Part shown: piece after piece, positions 37,096-50,244 of the stretch
How positions within the stretch are numbered: the stretch's first letter is position 1
How the letters are laid out: each line of letters opens with the position of its first letter
Source of the DNA: Harriotta raleighana
Lineage: Eukaryota
Assembly (NCBI GenBank): GCA_050575255.1
Contig: JBNZDD010013715.1
Coordinates: forward strand, 5,583,603-5,647,602
Reading direction: 5' to 3'
Length of the DNA stretch: 64,000 nt
Notes under the pieces: model-generated
Databases searched by the model: none
What the model was told of the DNA's origin: nothing
Seen by the model: only the letters and a program-made list of their open reading frames with translations
Position numbers and translations under genes: made by a program

Positions 37096-37669
37096 TTATG
37101 CTAATAATAGTTTTTAATAGCATACTGGTTCTTCCATATACCTTTGTGAATGTGATGGAAACAAAGTTATTTTATAACATTGACGCAAGATCTGTTTTAG
37201 CTAAATAGGAAGAGAGAATATCTGACTGAATTTATCAGTGCTTTACACAGGAGCAATACATTTGCATATATGTCAGAAAAAATATAATTGCTTTTATATC
37301 AGGGCTTTAGTAACATTAACAGCACAGTGCATACATGTTAATCGCCAGTATTAAAAGTGAATGAGATTTTTTTTAATGATTCATGTTTCACTGTGAAAAT
37401 GGTTGGGATTTAATTAGTATCCTCCTCCAGTTCTTGCTTGGAAATCTTTTGGGGTTTCAAGACTTTGTTTCCTCTTCCTGAAATGATAGTCCAAGAATAT
37501 AAACTTTACTAAGGATGACTACCACTTAAACTGTTCAGTTCAGTGCTGGCAACCACAACACCCATGTTATGCTAACTGTCATTCAAGATGCAATCACTAA
37601 AATGGAACCGGTTGGAGACTGCTTGAAGGACTCATATTTAATCACATAAACACAGTTTGACAAGTAAAA

Positions 37670-37825
37670 AATGTCAATGCTGAAAATCTAAAATACAGAA
37701 ATTCCTGGAAGCCCCTGAGTGAGGGTCAAATCTAAAATGTCAACCTGTCTTTCTCTTTCAGATGCTGATCGATCTAGTTTGAAATTCCAGCATTTTTGTT
37801 TTTGATACCTTGCTGCAGTTTTTGT
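37670..37825. mobile_element. Penelope-like terminal remnant with inverted arms
   Basis: Left TGCTGAAAATCTAAAATACAGAAATTCCTGGAA and right TTCCAGCATTTTTGTTTTTG; related TTTCAGATTTCCAG segments at ~34815-34870, ~39640-39720 and ~58615-58645; family assignment from memory. Confidence 0.4.
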
Positions 37826-37899
37826 CTCCGTCCCTGATCAAGTGTGGGTGGGAGATTCTGTTATTGGACTTACAGAAGTGAGAAATTGATATTTTATAT

Positions 37900-38905
37900 A
37901 ACAACAACAACTTGGATTTATATAGCGTACTCCACGCCAGAAGTGGTCTCAGAGCACTTCGCAATAGTGGAGTCCGAGGTTGAGCCAGGGGGAGGATGAA
38001 GATGAACGTAGGCGCAGTTGAACAGGAAGGTTTTCAGGCGCAACCTGAAGATGGAAAAGGAGGGGGTGAGGTGGAGGGATTGAGGGAAGGCATTTCAAAG
38101 TTTCAGGGTGTAGTGACTGAAAGCACAGCCGCCGATGGTGGAGTGGAAGATTCAGTGGACAATGAGGAGGCAGTAGACCCAGTAGAGCAGAGGCAGAGGG
38201 TACTGCCATGAGGAGAGATAAGGTTATTAAGGTAGGGGGGGTGCAGAGGAATGGAGGGATTTAAACATGAGTGAGGATCTTGAAGTTGATCCGTTCTGAA
38301 AAGGGGAGCCAGTGAAGTTTGGCGAGGACTGGGATAATCGAGAAGAGAAGTTTGGTTTGGGTGAGAATGTGGACGGCAGACTTTCTATACGAGCTGGATT
38401 TTGTAAATGGTGGCAGAGGGGGAGACTGGTGAGGAGAGCATTGGAGTAGTCCAGCCGAGAGGTGACAAAGGCATGGACCATGGTTTCGGCAGCTTTTGAG
38501 GTAAGATATTGGCGGAGATAGGCAATGTGGTGGAAATGGAAGAAGGAGGTGCTAGTGAGGGACCAAACATGGGGGAGAAAGGATAATTGATGCCTAGATT
38601 AAGTATGGGTTCAGAGAGTTTTAGGGGCAGGTCAGATAGATGGAGGTGGTGAGTGAGACCCATGGGACTGAAGATGTTGACAGGAGGAAACAGTATGGCT
38701 TCCGTTGTGTCAACGTTTAATTGCAGAAAGTTTGCACTCAACCAGCTCTTGATGTCTGATAGATAGGCTGACAGAACATCAGGGAACTAGGGGGTTGCAA
38801 ATTGAGGTGGAAAATTAGAGTTGGATATCATCCGCATACATATGGAAGTTTACCCCATGTCTGCAGATGATATCACCAAGAGGGAGCATGTAAATAAAGA
38901 AGATA
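37900..38905 (-). mobile_element. L2 LINE, RT C-terminus to 3' tail
   Basis: GGATATCATCCGCATACATATGGAAG is FHMYADDIQ on minus; also SANFLQLNVDTTEAILF and VHAFVTSRLDYSNALL; (TTG)n tail. Confidence 0.88.
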
Positions 38906-39794
38906 AGAAAGATAATAATCATAAATAATAAGCAATGCATGCCTTTTATATTACACCATTCACATCAGGATGACGTCTCAAAGTGCTTCATAGGATTACT
39001 GCGAAATGTAGTGACTGTGTACTTCGCAGAAAATGCGGCAGCTAATTTGCAGACACCAATGTGCCACAAACAGCCACAGAGTGAATTATATTATTTGGGG
39101 GACTGTAGCCAGTACACTGAAAGAAACTCTTCTTTTCAAAAACACTAAAAAATTACATTCATATAGCACCTTTCCATGTCATGAAGGCGTCCTTGTGATC
39201 TTTGGAATCCACTTTAACAGCTAGATGTTTTTTGCAATATCACATCTGAAAGACATTATCTGGGACAAATTACCCCTAGCATTGCACTGGAGTGTCACCC
39301 TAGACACCTTGACACCTGGCTCAGTGCAGTATATACTGAACTATCATGAGTTAAATCTCTGATGGTTAATTGCTATCTACAACAACAAAATTATATTTGA
39401 AATTTCTATTAATGGAAAATGTATCTCCAGTTACTCCTATTTCATAATTCTTGATTAACGCATTTAATATAATTTTCCTCTGAGACAAAATATAACATTT
39501 AATTGCATTCTTCATTACCCATACAACTCTTATTGCAAAAAAGCCTGATAAATTTGCATGATACTGTACATTGCAAGAGGCCATTAATCCTCCTATTAAG
39601 ACAACTGATGGTACTCAGAACAATCTGCTTGCTCTCCATAGACACTGCCTGACCTGCTCCATGTTCCAAATGACTTACGTTTTTATTTCAGATTTCCAGT
39701 ATTTGTGGTATTTTGCCTTTCGTTTAGAATAATCTAAATGATTTGTGTTCTCCGTTTTACCATTGATTCCTCCGTTCCAGCATGTCTTCAGCCA

Positions 39795-40172
39795 CTATAA
39801 TAATAATAAAAATCCTTGCACTTCTCGACGTCTCAAAGTGCTTCACAGAATATACTGTAAAGTGAATTGATCATATATTTGTAGGCAAAATGTGGCAGGT
39901 AATTACGCACAGCAGTGTCCCACAAACACTCGTGGATTGAAATGACCAATGTTATACTATGGCCCCGAAACACTGAAACTCTCTCCCTCAATTCCTCCAT
40001 CTTGCTCCCCACCTTCAAATCCTATCTAAAGATCTTCCTTTTTGATCGTGCTCATGGTCACCTCCCCATTTCCTCTCCCTGTGGCTGGCGGTCAGACTCC
40101 GTCAGTGTGAAGTGTTCCAGAATGCTACGCCACGTGAGGACCGCTATATAAATGCAAGTTGTTGTTGTTGTT
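39795..40172. mobile_element. SINE 3' half (minus, 39795-39950) adjacent to an L2 tail (plus, 39960-40172)
   Basis: Matches to the SINE and L2 tails elsewhere in the window. Confidence 0.7.
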
Positions 40173-41479
40173 GATTTCCCATATGTCCTCTGCTATCTTG
40201 ATATACAGTACTTTGAAGTACCAGTCTAGGATGACACCTCCAAAAGTGTAGCATATCCCAGCACTGCACTGGAAGATTCTTATTATTATATCAGTTATTG
40301 GATCACATTAAGTGTTGTTCTCATTCTCGGATTTAAATCTTCTATGATCTCACCCCACCACGCCTCTATCTCCTCCTTCAACCTTAGCAATAGGGCCGTT
40401 TCCTTCAATCATCCAACTTCGGCGTATTCCACATCCTTCACTCCATCGTTGGAGGGGCATTCAAGTCATTTGGTGTTGGTTCTCAGAAACTCTATTCCGA
40501 GATGCCTCCAATTTTCTCTCTCCCCCTCCTTTTTCAAGGTACATGTCAAAACATACCTCTTTGACCATGCTTTTGGTCATCTTTCCTCTCCGCACCACCT
40601 TCAGCTCCCATCCTTAATTCCAGGGCCCAGCCAGAATTGTGAAGTGTTTTGAGACGTCCTCCAATTCAAAACATAAGTGTAAATTCTACTGTATGATTGC
40701 TAACATGAATTTCATCTATTGTGATTGGTTAACTACGTTTTCACCCAGGGTCGTGAAGAAATTTGGGGACATCAGAAGGTTCACCTTTCCCTTTAAGAGT
40801 TATTTTCTAATACTGGATTTCTAATGATTAGAATGAGATTTTCCAGCAAAGAGCAAACTCCATAAAGCCTAGGTATTAACCAGGCATGACAACAGTAGTT
40901 TTAAGCCTCCATTTGTAATTGCTGCTAAATTGTTATAAATGAATGCACAGATTAAGCAATTGATTTATAGATTAATTGGCAGATGAGTGACTTTAGTCCA
41001 AAATTATCTGAAGATAATTTTAATATTACAAATTCTGTGCAAAGATCCATGAAATTATGTGCATGATTTATCTACAAATAAGACACTCAAGCATTTTCCA
41101 GTTTATTCATGCGCTAAATGAATTTATGATGATATGAAGTTTAATTTAAAAAGCAAGAATGATCTTGCAATTTTTTTTTTACAAAATCACTATCAGTGAT
41201 TCTCTAAGATGTATTGGATTTTCCCTTACAATATACGTTTTAAAATATGTTTCCAAATAATACAATGAAACCATTTGCAATAGATGGCATAAAAGTCAAA
41301 AGGCTGAGCTCACACATTACTTCTATCATTAACAACATCTATTGGCTCCCAATATCTTTTCACTCTTATTTGCTTCCCATTACAGTCAATGACTTAGACT
41401 ATAGCCACAATTCCCCAGTTGACTCAACTATTTTCCTTTACCACCTGGAGTAAATGAAAATAGTTTCCTTGAGGTACCA

Positions 41480-41782
41480 AGGAAGCTAGAGGACCCGGGT
41501 TTAATTCCTGGGTGAGGCAAAACTTTAGGCAAGGTTCCTTATTCCATATGCCTCTATTTATCTAGCAGTAAGTAGGAACCTGGTTGATAAGCGATTGAAG
41601 GATCGCTTTCCGGGGTAATAGTCCCTCAAAAAAAAAAGGTTTTAGGACACTACCATACGCATTTGGCTGCTGTGTTTCGTCCACAAAATACAAGTAATCC
41701 ACATTGCAATATATTCTGTGATATACTTTGTGATGTCTTAATGGCATGGTAAAGCGTTATATCAAATGCAAGGATTTTTATT
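41480..41782 (+). mobile_element. Long-form tRNA-SINE
   Basis: B box, GCCTCTATTTATCTAGCAGTAAGTAGGAACCTGGTTG module, Deu segment and tail. Confidence 0.75.
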
Positions 41783-42189
41783 ATCTCTCCCTGTCTTCAA
41801 ATTTCAACAAAAACAATTCTCTTCAACTTTGCCTTGGTCAACATTGTACCAGCTCAGTGCTCACTGCAATATCATTCAAACACTTTCAGGCAACAACCAC
41901 TACCATTTACATTCATATAGCACCTATCATCTTGAGAGATGTTTCATTCTGCGTCATGCAGCAAACTGAGCACTTGAGCTTGTACAGGATGGACGAACAG
42001 CAGCTCAGTCAACAAGATAGGTCTTAGGTTTTAAACAGCAACAACAAATTGCACTTTTCACATAGGGCAAGCAGGAAGAGANGAGAGATGTTTCATTCTG
42101 CGTCATGCAGCAAACTGAGCACTTGAGCTTGTCCAGGATGGACGAACAGCAGCTCAGTCAACAAGATAGGTCTTAAGGTTTTAAACAGC

Positions 42190-42500
42190 AACAACAAATT
42201 GCACTTTTCACATAGGGCAAGCAGGAAGAGGTGAGGTGGAGTGATTCCAGGATGGCGTTCAAGAGAGTGGGAGCAGAAAAGCTTGCCCGCTGATGGTGAG
42301 GAGACATGAAGAATGCCAAAGTTAACTGATTGGAGATTACGGTTCCCTATTCCCCAGCAGATCAAGTTCAAGATCCTCATCCTAATCTTTAAGATCCTTG
42401 ATGTTCTTGCCCCATTCTACATCTGTGACCGCATCAAACCCTACCAACCCAATTGCTCTTTCCGCTCAGTAAACACTGGCCTGCTTCCCACCATTGACCC
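42190..42500. mobile_element. L2 3' fragment with an internal inversion
   Basis: 42190-42318 is an L2 3' end on minus; 42340-42497 is the adjacent upstream L2 segment on plus (IKFKILILIFKIL..LAPFYI). Confidence 0.55.
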
Positions 42501-42675
42501 AGTCTATCCATATTGTTCCTTCAGTACAAACATGGCAAAGAAGGAGTTAAGGCCATTCTCTGGCCCTTCTAACATCTCTGGTGCCCTAAGTGATGAGGGG
42601 GATGTTAATAAAAAATCAGACAGTATAAATAGATTTCTAACACGTCAGATCATAACACATTTTAAATAAAATTAC

Positions 42676-42765
42676 CAAGCGTTTTCATTCTAATGTAAGT
42701 TGCACTGTTCCTGTTGGTTGGAGTGTGTCCGCTGATCTTCTGAAGCTGCCATCTGTCATCATATA
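42676..42765 (-). other. Candidate 90-nt exon
   Basis: CATTTTATCTTTCAG| acceptor and TTG|GTAATT donor; open in phase 1 (YDDRWQLQKISGHTPTNRNSATYIRMKTL); unique sequence. Confidence 0.2.
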
Positions 42766-45444
42766 CTGAAAGATAAAATGGCAGTGTTCAGAGCCGCCAG
42801 CCCTGTCCCCATTTATAACCTCACAACTGTAGGATATTGTCAATACAGTAGTATGAATCTCCGGTAGCAGTTGAAAAGCAAGCCAGTCAAAAAGATGAAG
42901 ATGCAACACTTACAGTCCGTGGAAAAATGCCTTGAGACATAAACTACACAAGATTTTTGTCCCGGATCAGGACTTGAATTCATAATCTAAGCCAACACTT
43001 CAGTAATGGATGAGTAACGCATTATTGGAGTAGTACTTTTTGAATAATATGTTAAAGATACTATTTGAAAAGGCAGTGGAATTTTTCCCATTGTCCTGGC
43101 TGAGAAACTTCTGGATGAATCTATCATTTGTTTTATGATTCTTTGAGAGACTTTGCTAGTACAAATATCTGAATCATTTGCCTAGCAAAACCATTCACTA
43201 TATTTGAATATCACTTGCCCGTTAGATGTTTTGAGATGTTTCAGCATGATAAAACACCATGAAAAGGCAGCTTCTTAATTTCATAGGAACACAATACAAT
43301 TTATATAGCAACTTTTGCATCAGTGGGACACCCCAAAGTGCATGAATGATCATCTTATAGAAAAGTGTGGTGTTTTGGGCATTTTTTAATACTTAATACA
43401 GTAGCAGGTAATACTCAGAATGCTTAGACTTTTACAAAGTGCTGTCAATGATATGAATGTGCACAATATTGGTCAGAAAACTGATAAATGGTCCTTTTTG
43501 CTTTGAGATAACCAAAATTGCTGTTTTCTATATCCACTGTGCTCTGGGGTTAATACTACCCTGTGGTGTATTGGGATGATTTGGCTGCAGTCTTGGCTGT
43601 CCACGTTGGTCATTGATTAATCAGTGAAAGATAGCATCTGTACTGAGTCCTGTAAATGAAGCACAGATGATAAAATGCAGTAACAATTGGATCAAAACTA
43701 GTTGATGGACATGATCTGAAAGCAAGTGCAACAGTGCCTTAAGAAGCATTTTCTTATTCAGATGAATATATCTGACTAGTTTGATGAGTCTTCACAAAAG
43801 AATATGGTAAGATTACTCCAAGCACAGTCCAAGTGAGTTGACATTCATTGTGCTCGCAAGGTCATGCTGATTTTGAATGTTAGTTTGCACAAATCTGGAA
43901 GATTGCCAAACAAATATGTTTGTGCCTTTGAGGATGAGGATCACTGTCTATTATACATTTCGCAATCCTACGCTAAGCCTATTTTTGATTCCCCATTGTG
44001 CTGCCTTTTATAGTCTATCCGTTGACCGCATCTATGGACACCCGCACCCCACCCACCTTTCTCCCTAGCCAAAATCTTGCCACAATTCAGAGCTTCAAGA
44101 CACTCCCCTGAGTGAAGGGCACGATATAAACACAAGGTGTTGTTGGTTTCGTTGTCATTGAAAAAAGTTTTCATAAAAAAGTTACAATCATGCTCAACAT
44201 GTACTCAGGGCAAATTAGTATCCTCAGTAAAAACTATAGTACCGTATAACAAATTGTGGTGGATTTACACTGAACAAATTAAAGGTTTTACATTAAGAAT
44301 GAAAATGTTTACGTGAGAATGTCAACACTGATCAATTCCATGTGAGAGAACAGGCCCTCAAAAGAACAGCTAATGAGAATGACATTCTTCCAGAACCACC
44401 TACATCGTAAGACCACAAGATTTGTTTGGATGTAAAAAGCCCTTAAACCGATCTAATCTCAACTTTCTAAAGTACTACCTTTAGCGTCATTTTCCATCAC
44501 AGCATGAAGCTATTTTTAAAATTAATCCAGTCTATTGGGCTTAACCACATTCCCTGGTAGCCTGTTCAGTTGTTAATTACTTCTAGGCAAAGAAAAACAT
44601 CTGGCATCTATTCTCAAATTGTCTTTCGTAACTTTAAACTTACACCCTCTCTTTCTACTATTTTGGTGCATTCCAAAGGGATATCTGGGTTTACTTTTTC
44701 CTTTTGATTTAATAAACAAGACCAGTAATGGCCCCAACAAGGTGATTTATTTAAAATATTATTCCCCGCAGGGTAATTTTACTTTGATTTTGTATGGTAA
44801 ATATAGTGAAAATCAGAAAAAAAAGAAGAATGAAGAGAAGGTATGTGCAAAGAAAAGTGATTGATGACCCAAAAAAATGTGCACTCCAATTTTACAGAAT
44901 GTGACTATTGTGGAGCTTCAGATGTATAGATTTCAGGTGGCTCGGCTAGGCAAGAGGCTTTCTAATTTCAAGAAAGGTCAGTGCAGTCAGCCTGACCAAA
45001 ATGACGCAGCTGCACATACACAAAAAGTAGAACAATTTCCAAAGGGGTGCAAAGGTACAGTGGTATTTTTTTTCCTACATTAGCTGGTGTGCTTTTGTTA
45101 ACATGGGCAAAATGGTTTCTTTATTTTAGCAGGCAAAAGGATGCGATGAGGATCTTGCAAAGTGTATATCAGGAAAGTACATCAAATCTATTCATTCTTT
45201 CAGAGCAAGGTAAGTGAAAAGGACACATGAAGAGAGACAGACCGTGGGCCTCTCCATGACTCAGCAGCTCTTGAAGATCAGTGAGGCATCTCAGGGGAAG
45301 AAATGGGGGCATCTTAGCCTATTGCAGGTAACAACCAGTAATTCACCACTGCACATAAACAATGTGCATAGGGACTGTGCACTAAAGTAATATCCCAACC
45401 TTTCTAAGTGTGTTAAATACATGCAATTATGCATGAACATAATG

Positions 45445-47405
45445 CTCTCCCACTGGCCCACCTCCTGCACTGACCCATCCTCCGCAATCACTCTGCTCCA
45501 CAACATCCTCTCCACCACATTTGACACTCTTACCCCCCTCACTTCCCGAACTGCCTCCTACTCCCGAACCTCACCCTGGTTCATCACCCACCGCCGTTCC
45601 CTCAAGGGCCAGGTGCAGGCCGCTGAACGCACCTAGCTCAAATCCAGCCTAACGGTCCACCGGCATATCTGGCTGGACCTCAGGTCACTTCCACCAAATC
45701 ATTATTCTACTCTAAAATAATCCTGGAGGCGAACGACAACCCCCAGCTTCTTTTCTCCACCACCAACCAGCTCCTCCATCCACCCCGCCTCGCCTTGCAG
45801 ATCCTCTCCGCGAACTCCCACTGCAAGGAGATGCTGGATTTCCTTAAATCCCAAATCGAGGGAATCCGCTCTGCGGTCACTGTCCTTTCAACTTCCACCC
45901 CCTCCCCACCTCTCCCCCACATCCCATCTCCTACCCATCCTTACTTCCAAACCTTCAATCCCATCTCCCATCCTCCATTAAAAAAAACATCTCTGCAATG
46001 AAGCCTACAACCTGCTCCCTTGACCCCATCCCCACCCCGCTCCTCACCACCCAGCTCCACCTACTAGCCCCACTAATTTCCGACACCATCAATCTGTCCC
46101 TCTCATTCGGCACTATTCTCCATTCCTTCAAAACCGCCACTATCATCCCCATCCTAAAAAAACTTTCCCTCGATGCGTCGCAGCTATAAAGCTACCGGCC
46201 CATCTCCAACCTCCCCTTCCTCTCCAAGGTCCTGGAAAGAGTGACTGCCTCCCAGCTCCACTCTTTCCTCTCAAGATACTCACTCCTTGAACCCCTCCAA
46301 TCGGGATTCCAAGCTTCCCACAGCATGGAAACTGTTCTGGTCAAGGTCATGAAAGACATCCTGAACATCTGTGACCAGGGCTCCCTCTGCCTCCTCGTCC
46401 TCCTCGACCTATCCACCGCCTTCGACATCATCGACCACACAATCCTCCTTCACCGCCTCTCCTCCCTCCTCAACCTTCAAGGCTCTTTCCTTGATTGGTT
46501 CCAATCATATTTCTCCCACCGCCTTCACTTTGTATCCTCCAACGGCTTTTCCTCCAGCCTCTGCACAGTCACATGAGGCGTTCCCCAGGGCTCTGTGCGA
46601 ATGACACCCAACTCTACCTCTCCACTTCCTCCCTTGACTCCAGGACTACTGGCGTTCTGACTGCGTGTCTAACCGACATTGAATCCTGGACGAGGGCCAA
46701 CTTCCTCCAACTCAACGTCAACAAGATGAAGGCCCTCCTGATTGACTTGCTTCAGGGCCTCCGCACCTCAGGCGCTGACAACATCAAGGCTGCTCTCTCC
46801 ACCTCTCGAAGCCAGTCAGGAATCTGGGCATCTTAATTGACCCCGAACTGTCCTTCTTCCCTCATAGCCGCTCCCTGACTGGTATCGCCTTCCACCACCT
46901 CCGCAATATTGCCAGGCTCTGCCACTACCTCACTCCCCATGCTGCCGAAACCCTCACTCACGCCTTTATCACCTCCAAGCTTGACTACGGGAACTCTCTC
47001 CTCATCGGCCTTCCCAATTCCTCCCTTCACAGGCTGCAGATCATTCAGAATTCTGCAGCTCATGTACTCTCCTGCACCAGGCTTCGTGATCACATCACTC
47101 CACCTGCTCCCCATCCCCCAGATGATCAAATTCAAGATCCTTGTCCTCACTCTCAAGGCCACTCTTGGCCTTGCCCCCGCCTATCTCTCTGACCTGCTGT
47201 CTTCCTATCAGCCTGCCCGCACCCTCTGTTCAGCAGACTCAGGCCTGCTCCACATCCACCGCCCTAACTGGCCGGGCTTTCAGCTTCTCTGCCCCCACAC
47301 TATGGAACTCCATCCCACAGTCCCTCCGCCTTGCTTCCTCCCTTTCCTCCTTCAAGGCTGGTCTCAAGACCTTCCTCTTCGACCGCGCCTTCTTCTCCCC
47401 CCCTG
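45445..47405 (+). mobile_element. L2 LINE, about 2 kb 5'-truncated ORF2 pseudogene (RT domain)
   Basis: KPTTCSLDPIPT, YRPISNLPFLSKVLERV, QSGF..HS.ET.L, LLDLSTAFDIIDH, GVPQGS, (D)DTQLY, NFLQLN..K; stops, frameshifts and a deletion between GVPQGS and DDTQLY. Confidence 0.93.
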
Positions 47406-47639
47406 ACTCTTCCGAATGGGTGAACTTTGATTGTATGCAAATAACCGTAAAAGTTTTTTTTCTTGCAAATTTAATGCTTCTGAAATAATTTATCAATAGA
47501 AAAGCTGCACAAAATTTAGACCCTGTATTTTGAAACAGGCAAAACTAGTTGCAGATTTAGGTAAATTTGCAGTTTCTACAAGGGATATTGTCTTCCATCC
47601 CAATTTCATCCTTTATATTATCATCCTTTTCTCATTTTG

Positions 47640-48080
47640 CATCTCCCAATCATCATCTCAGCACAACATACAGTATTTGGAAGCACTCTTGTTTCTGAGT
47701 CAGAAGTTTGTGGTTTAAAGCCTCAAGTCAGGACTTTGAACTCACAGTCCAAGCTGATATGTAAATACAGAGGAGTGTGCTGTATTGCCATAGGTGCTGT
47801 CCTTCAAGATAAGACATTTCTCTGACATCAAACTCTTGTCTGTCTGTTTATAGTTTGATGTTTTAGATTTATGGCACTATTCGAAAAGAAAAGGGAATTA
47901 CTCCTGGTATTCAGTCCAATAATCCCCCAGATAAAATTATTCACTTCATGTCTGTTTGTAGGATATTGCTGTGTGCAAATTGACTGCCATATTTTCCTAC
48001 AAATACAGACACTATATTTCACAATAAAAAAAATTGAAGCGCTTTGAGGTATCTTGACAAAATAATAAGTAAGGTCTATA
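47640..48080 (+). mobile_element. Old Deu-domain SINE
   Basis: GCACTCTTGTTTCTGAGTCAGAAG head, GGTGCTGTCCTTCAAGATAAGAC core, TTGCTGTGTGCAAATTGACTGCC and tail. Confidence 0.6.
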
Positions 48081-49180
48081 TCATATTCAAATTTTCAAAT
48101 GCTCTTCTAAATATAAAGATAGTCAATCCTTCAACCATAATGTAATCTTTAGCCTGTTTTCTTTCGATTCTCTTAAATGGGAATAAAACTGACCAATATT
48201 AAAATGTGCCAGTAGGAGTAGGTAACAACGGTCAATCCTAAAACCTAACAATAAAACACAATTTTAAGAGTACTAAATTTTCTAAGGGGAGTATCATTGT
48301 TGACTTAATCACCTGTATTTTAATATCACTTTTATCATAGGTGATTTTTAAAAATTGAATAACTGCTGTGTCTTTTACATGTTTTGGGGAAAAAATAACA
48401 TTTGCTAAACTTTGAAGAAGGCTGCAGATAGAGAGGACTTTGGGATACCTTTTTCAACATACGGTAATAAGATTTATTTGCAGATTAGAAACTACTAGTT
48501 TAGTACTGATTTCAGTTGATACTGAAATTAATATTTCATTACTCCCACTCCATATTTTGCCATGAATACCATAATGTAATATTTTCATAGTCATTACACA
48601 TTATATACAGTACAGTAAACACAGCTATATCATAACATGACATTCTTCAATAATTTTCTGTCCTATTAAATAAAAAGGTTTAGCCCTATTAATATATTGC
48701 AATATATATTACTTATAAAATACTGCTCAAAACAGTCTTTCTATGTATTAGAGCTAGTACTTCTGATATCATCTGACAAGATTGTTTTCTTAGTACAGGT
48801 ATCTAGTAATTTTATGTCACATGACATCAAGGTTTTTGAAACATACTGGTCTTGATTTATTTTTAGCAATAATTTATTAATACAGTAGTATTTCAGAGTA
48901 TACAGAATTCAACAAAATATTGAATCCAGTTGAACTTATATTATTCAAATATTGAACTTCGCAGCATGTTTTCTGTCATTCTTGAAAGAAACTAAAGAAA
49001 ACTTATGAAAATGAAAGTTGGTGTTTCACATTGTCAAATTCCGGTAGCACTTAAAGTGATAGATTAAACCTAGATCTAGGTGGAATTTCTACTGAACGTT
49101 TTCCACGCAAAACTTTTTTGAGATTGGTGAGATCTAGTGACTTAACAATTGTGATTTCATCATCATCACATGCCTACTTG

Positions 49181-49493
49181 TGGAGTCCTGTAGCTCAGTG
49201 GTTAGAGCACTCACCTTCCAAGCGAGAGACCTGGGTTCGATTGCAGGCAGGGCAAAACCTTAGGCAAGTTTCCTTACTCCACATGCCTAATAATAATCCC
49301 TCAAAAAATAAAACAATAATACAATTGGTATTTCAATCCACGACTGTTTGTGGGACACTGCTGTGTGCAATTGGCTGCCACATTTCATCAACAAAGATAC
49401 AGTCAGTTCACTTTACAGTACAAGTATATTCAGTGAAACACTTTGAGAGGTCTAGAAGATGTAAAAAACGCCCTATCAAATAGAAGGATTATT
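49181..49493 (+). mobile_element. Young short-form tRNA-SINE, full length (best-preserved head)
   Basis: GGAGTCCTGTAGCTCAGTGGTTAGAGCACTCACCTTCCAAGCGAGAGACCTGGGTTCGATT (Pol III A and B boxes), body and (ATT)n. Confidence 0.88.
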
Positions 49494-50244
49494 ATATTCA
49501 AGCATTATTAATCAAGCATCCATGAGCAATGTAGGGATCTTCACAAATGAATGAGATAAACAAGTGTTGCTGTTGAACTTGAGTACTGTACTTAAAAAGC
49601 TGGAATCTTTTAGATCAGGTAATAATTCTTCTATTCACAATAATTTTACCCTTGATTTTGATCCACTGACATTCTGCCTGCTTGCCTATCAAACATCAAG
49701 ATCTGGATGAACCTCAATTTCTTGCATCTTAACAATGGACAGGATAAAAGCCACCTCCTCAGCTCCCGTTAATATCTTTTCTCTTCTGTTTCTGACCCTC
49801 TCCACCTCCCAAATGCACTGAATCAATGTGTCACCTTGGCATTCAGCTTGATCCTCAGCTCTCCTTCTTTCTTTACATTCAGTACTTGACCAAAACTGTT
49901 TTTCTTTCCCCACATTGCCTACCTCTGTTCCTATCTCACACCAAAACTTTGCTGAAACCACTGTTTGACACCTCTGTCAGCTCCCAACTCAATTTCTGAA
50001 ACATACTGGACTCACGAGCTCCACCATTCACAGCCTCACCAAACTCCCTGTCCATATCACCCTACCCCAGTCTTCACCAAACTATCAAATACTATTCAAA
50101 TACGATCAGCTTTCTACCCATGTGATCTCCTACTTCATTCCTCTGCTTACTTTCTCTCCTCAGCAAACTTGGGCCTACTGCGGAAATTGTTTTAACATTC
50201 ATTGCAAAGTACATGGAGAAGTGCTGTGGTAAGAAGCTGAAGGA

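Noticed and set aside
45445-47405. Active reverse transcriptase, retron or other novel RT system
   Set aside because: Ordinary L2 ORF2 relic with stops, frameshifts and a deletion just before the catalytic DD motif.
49068-49081. Perfect 14-bp palindrome ACCTAGATCTAGGT
   Set aside because: A few palindromes of this length are expected by chance in 64 kb, and there is no supporting context.
49181-49255. tRNA-like sequences (also ~3636, 26355, 30077, 53760, 55370)
   Set aside because: Each continues directly into the same SINE body and tail, anticodons vary among copies and acceptor stems are incomplete; these are SINE heads, not tRNA genes.
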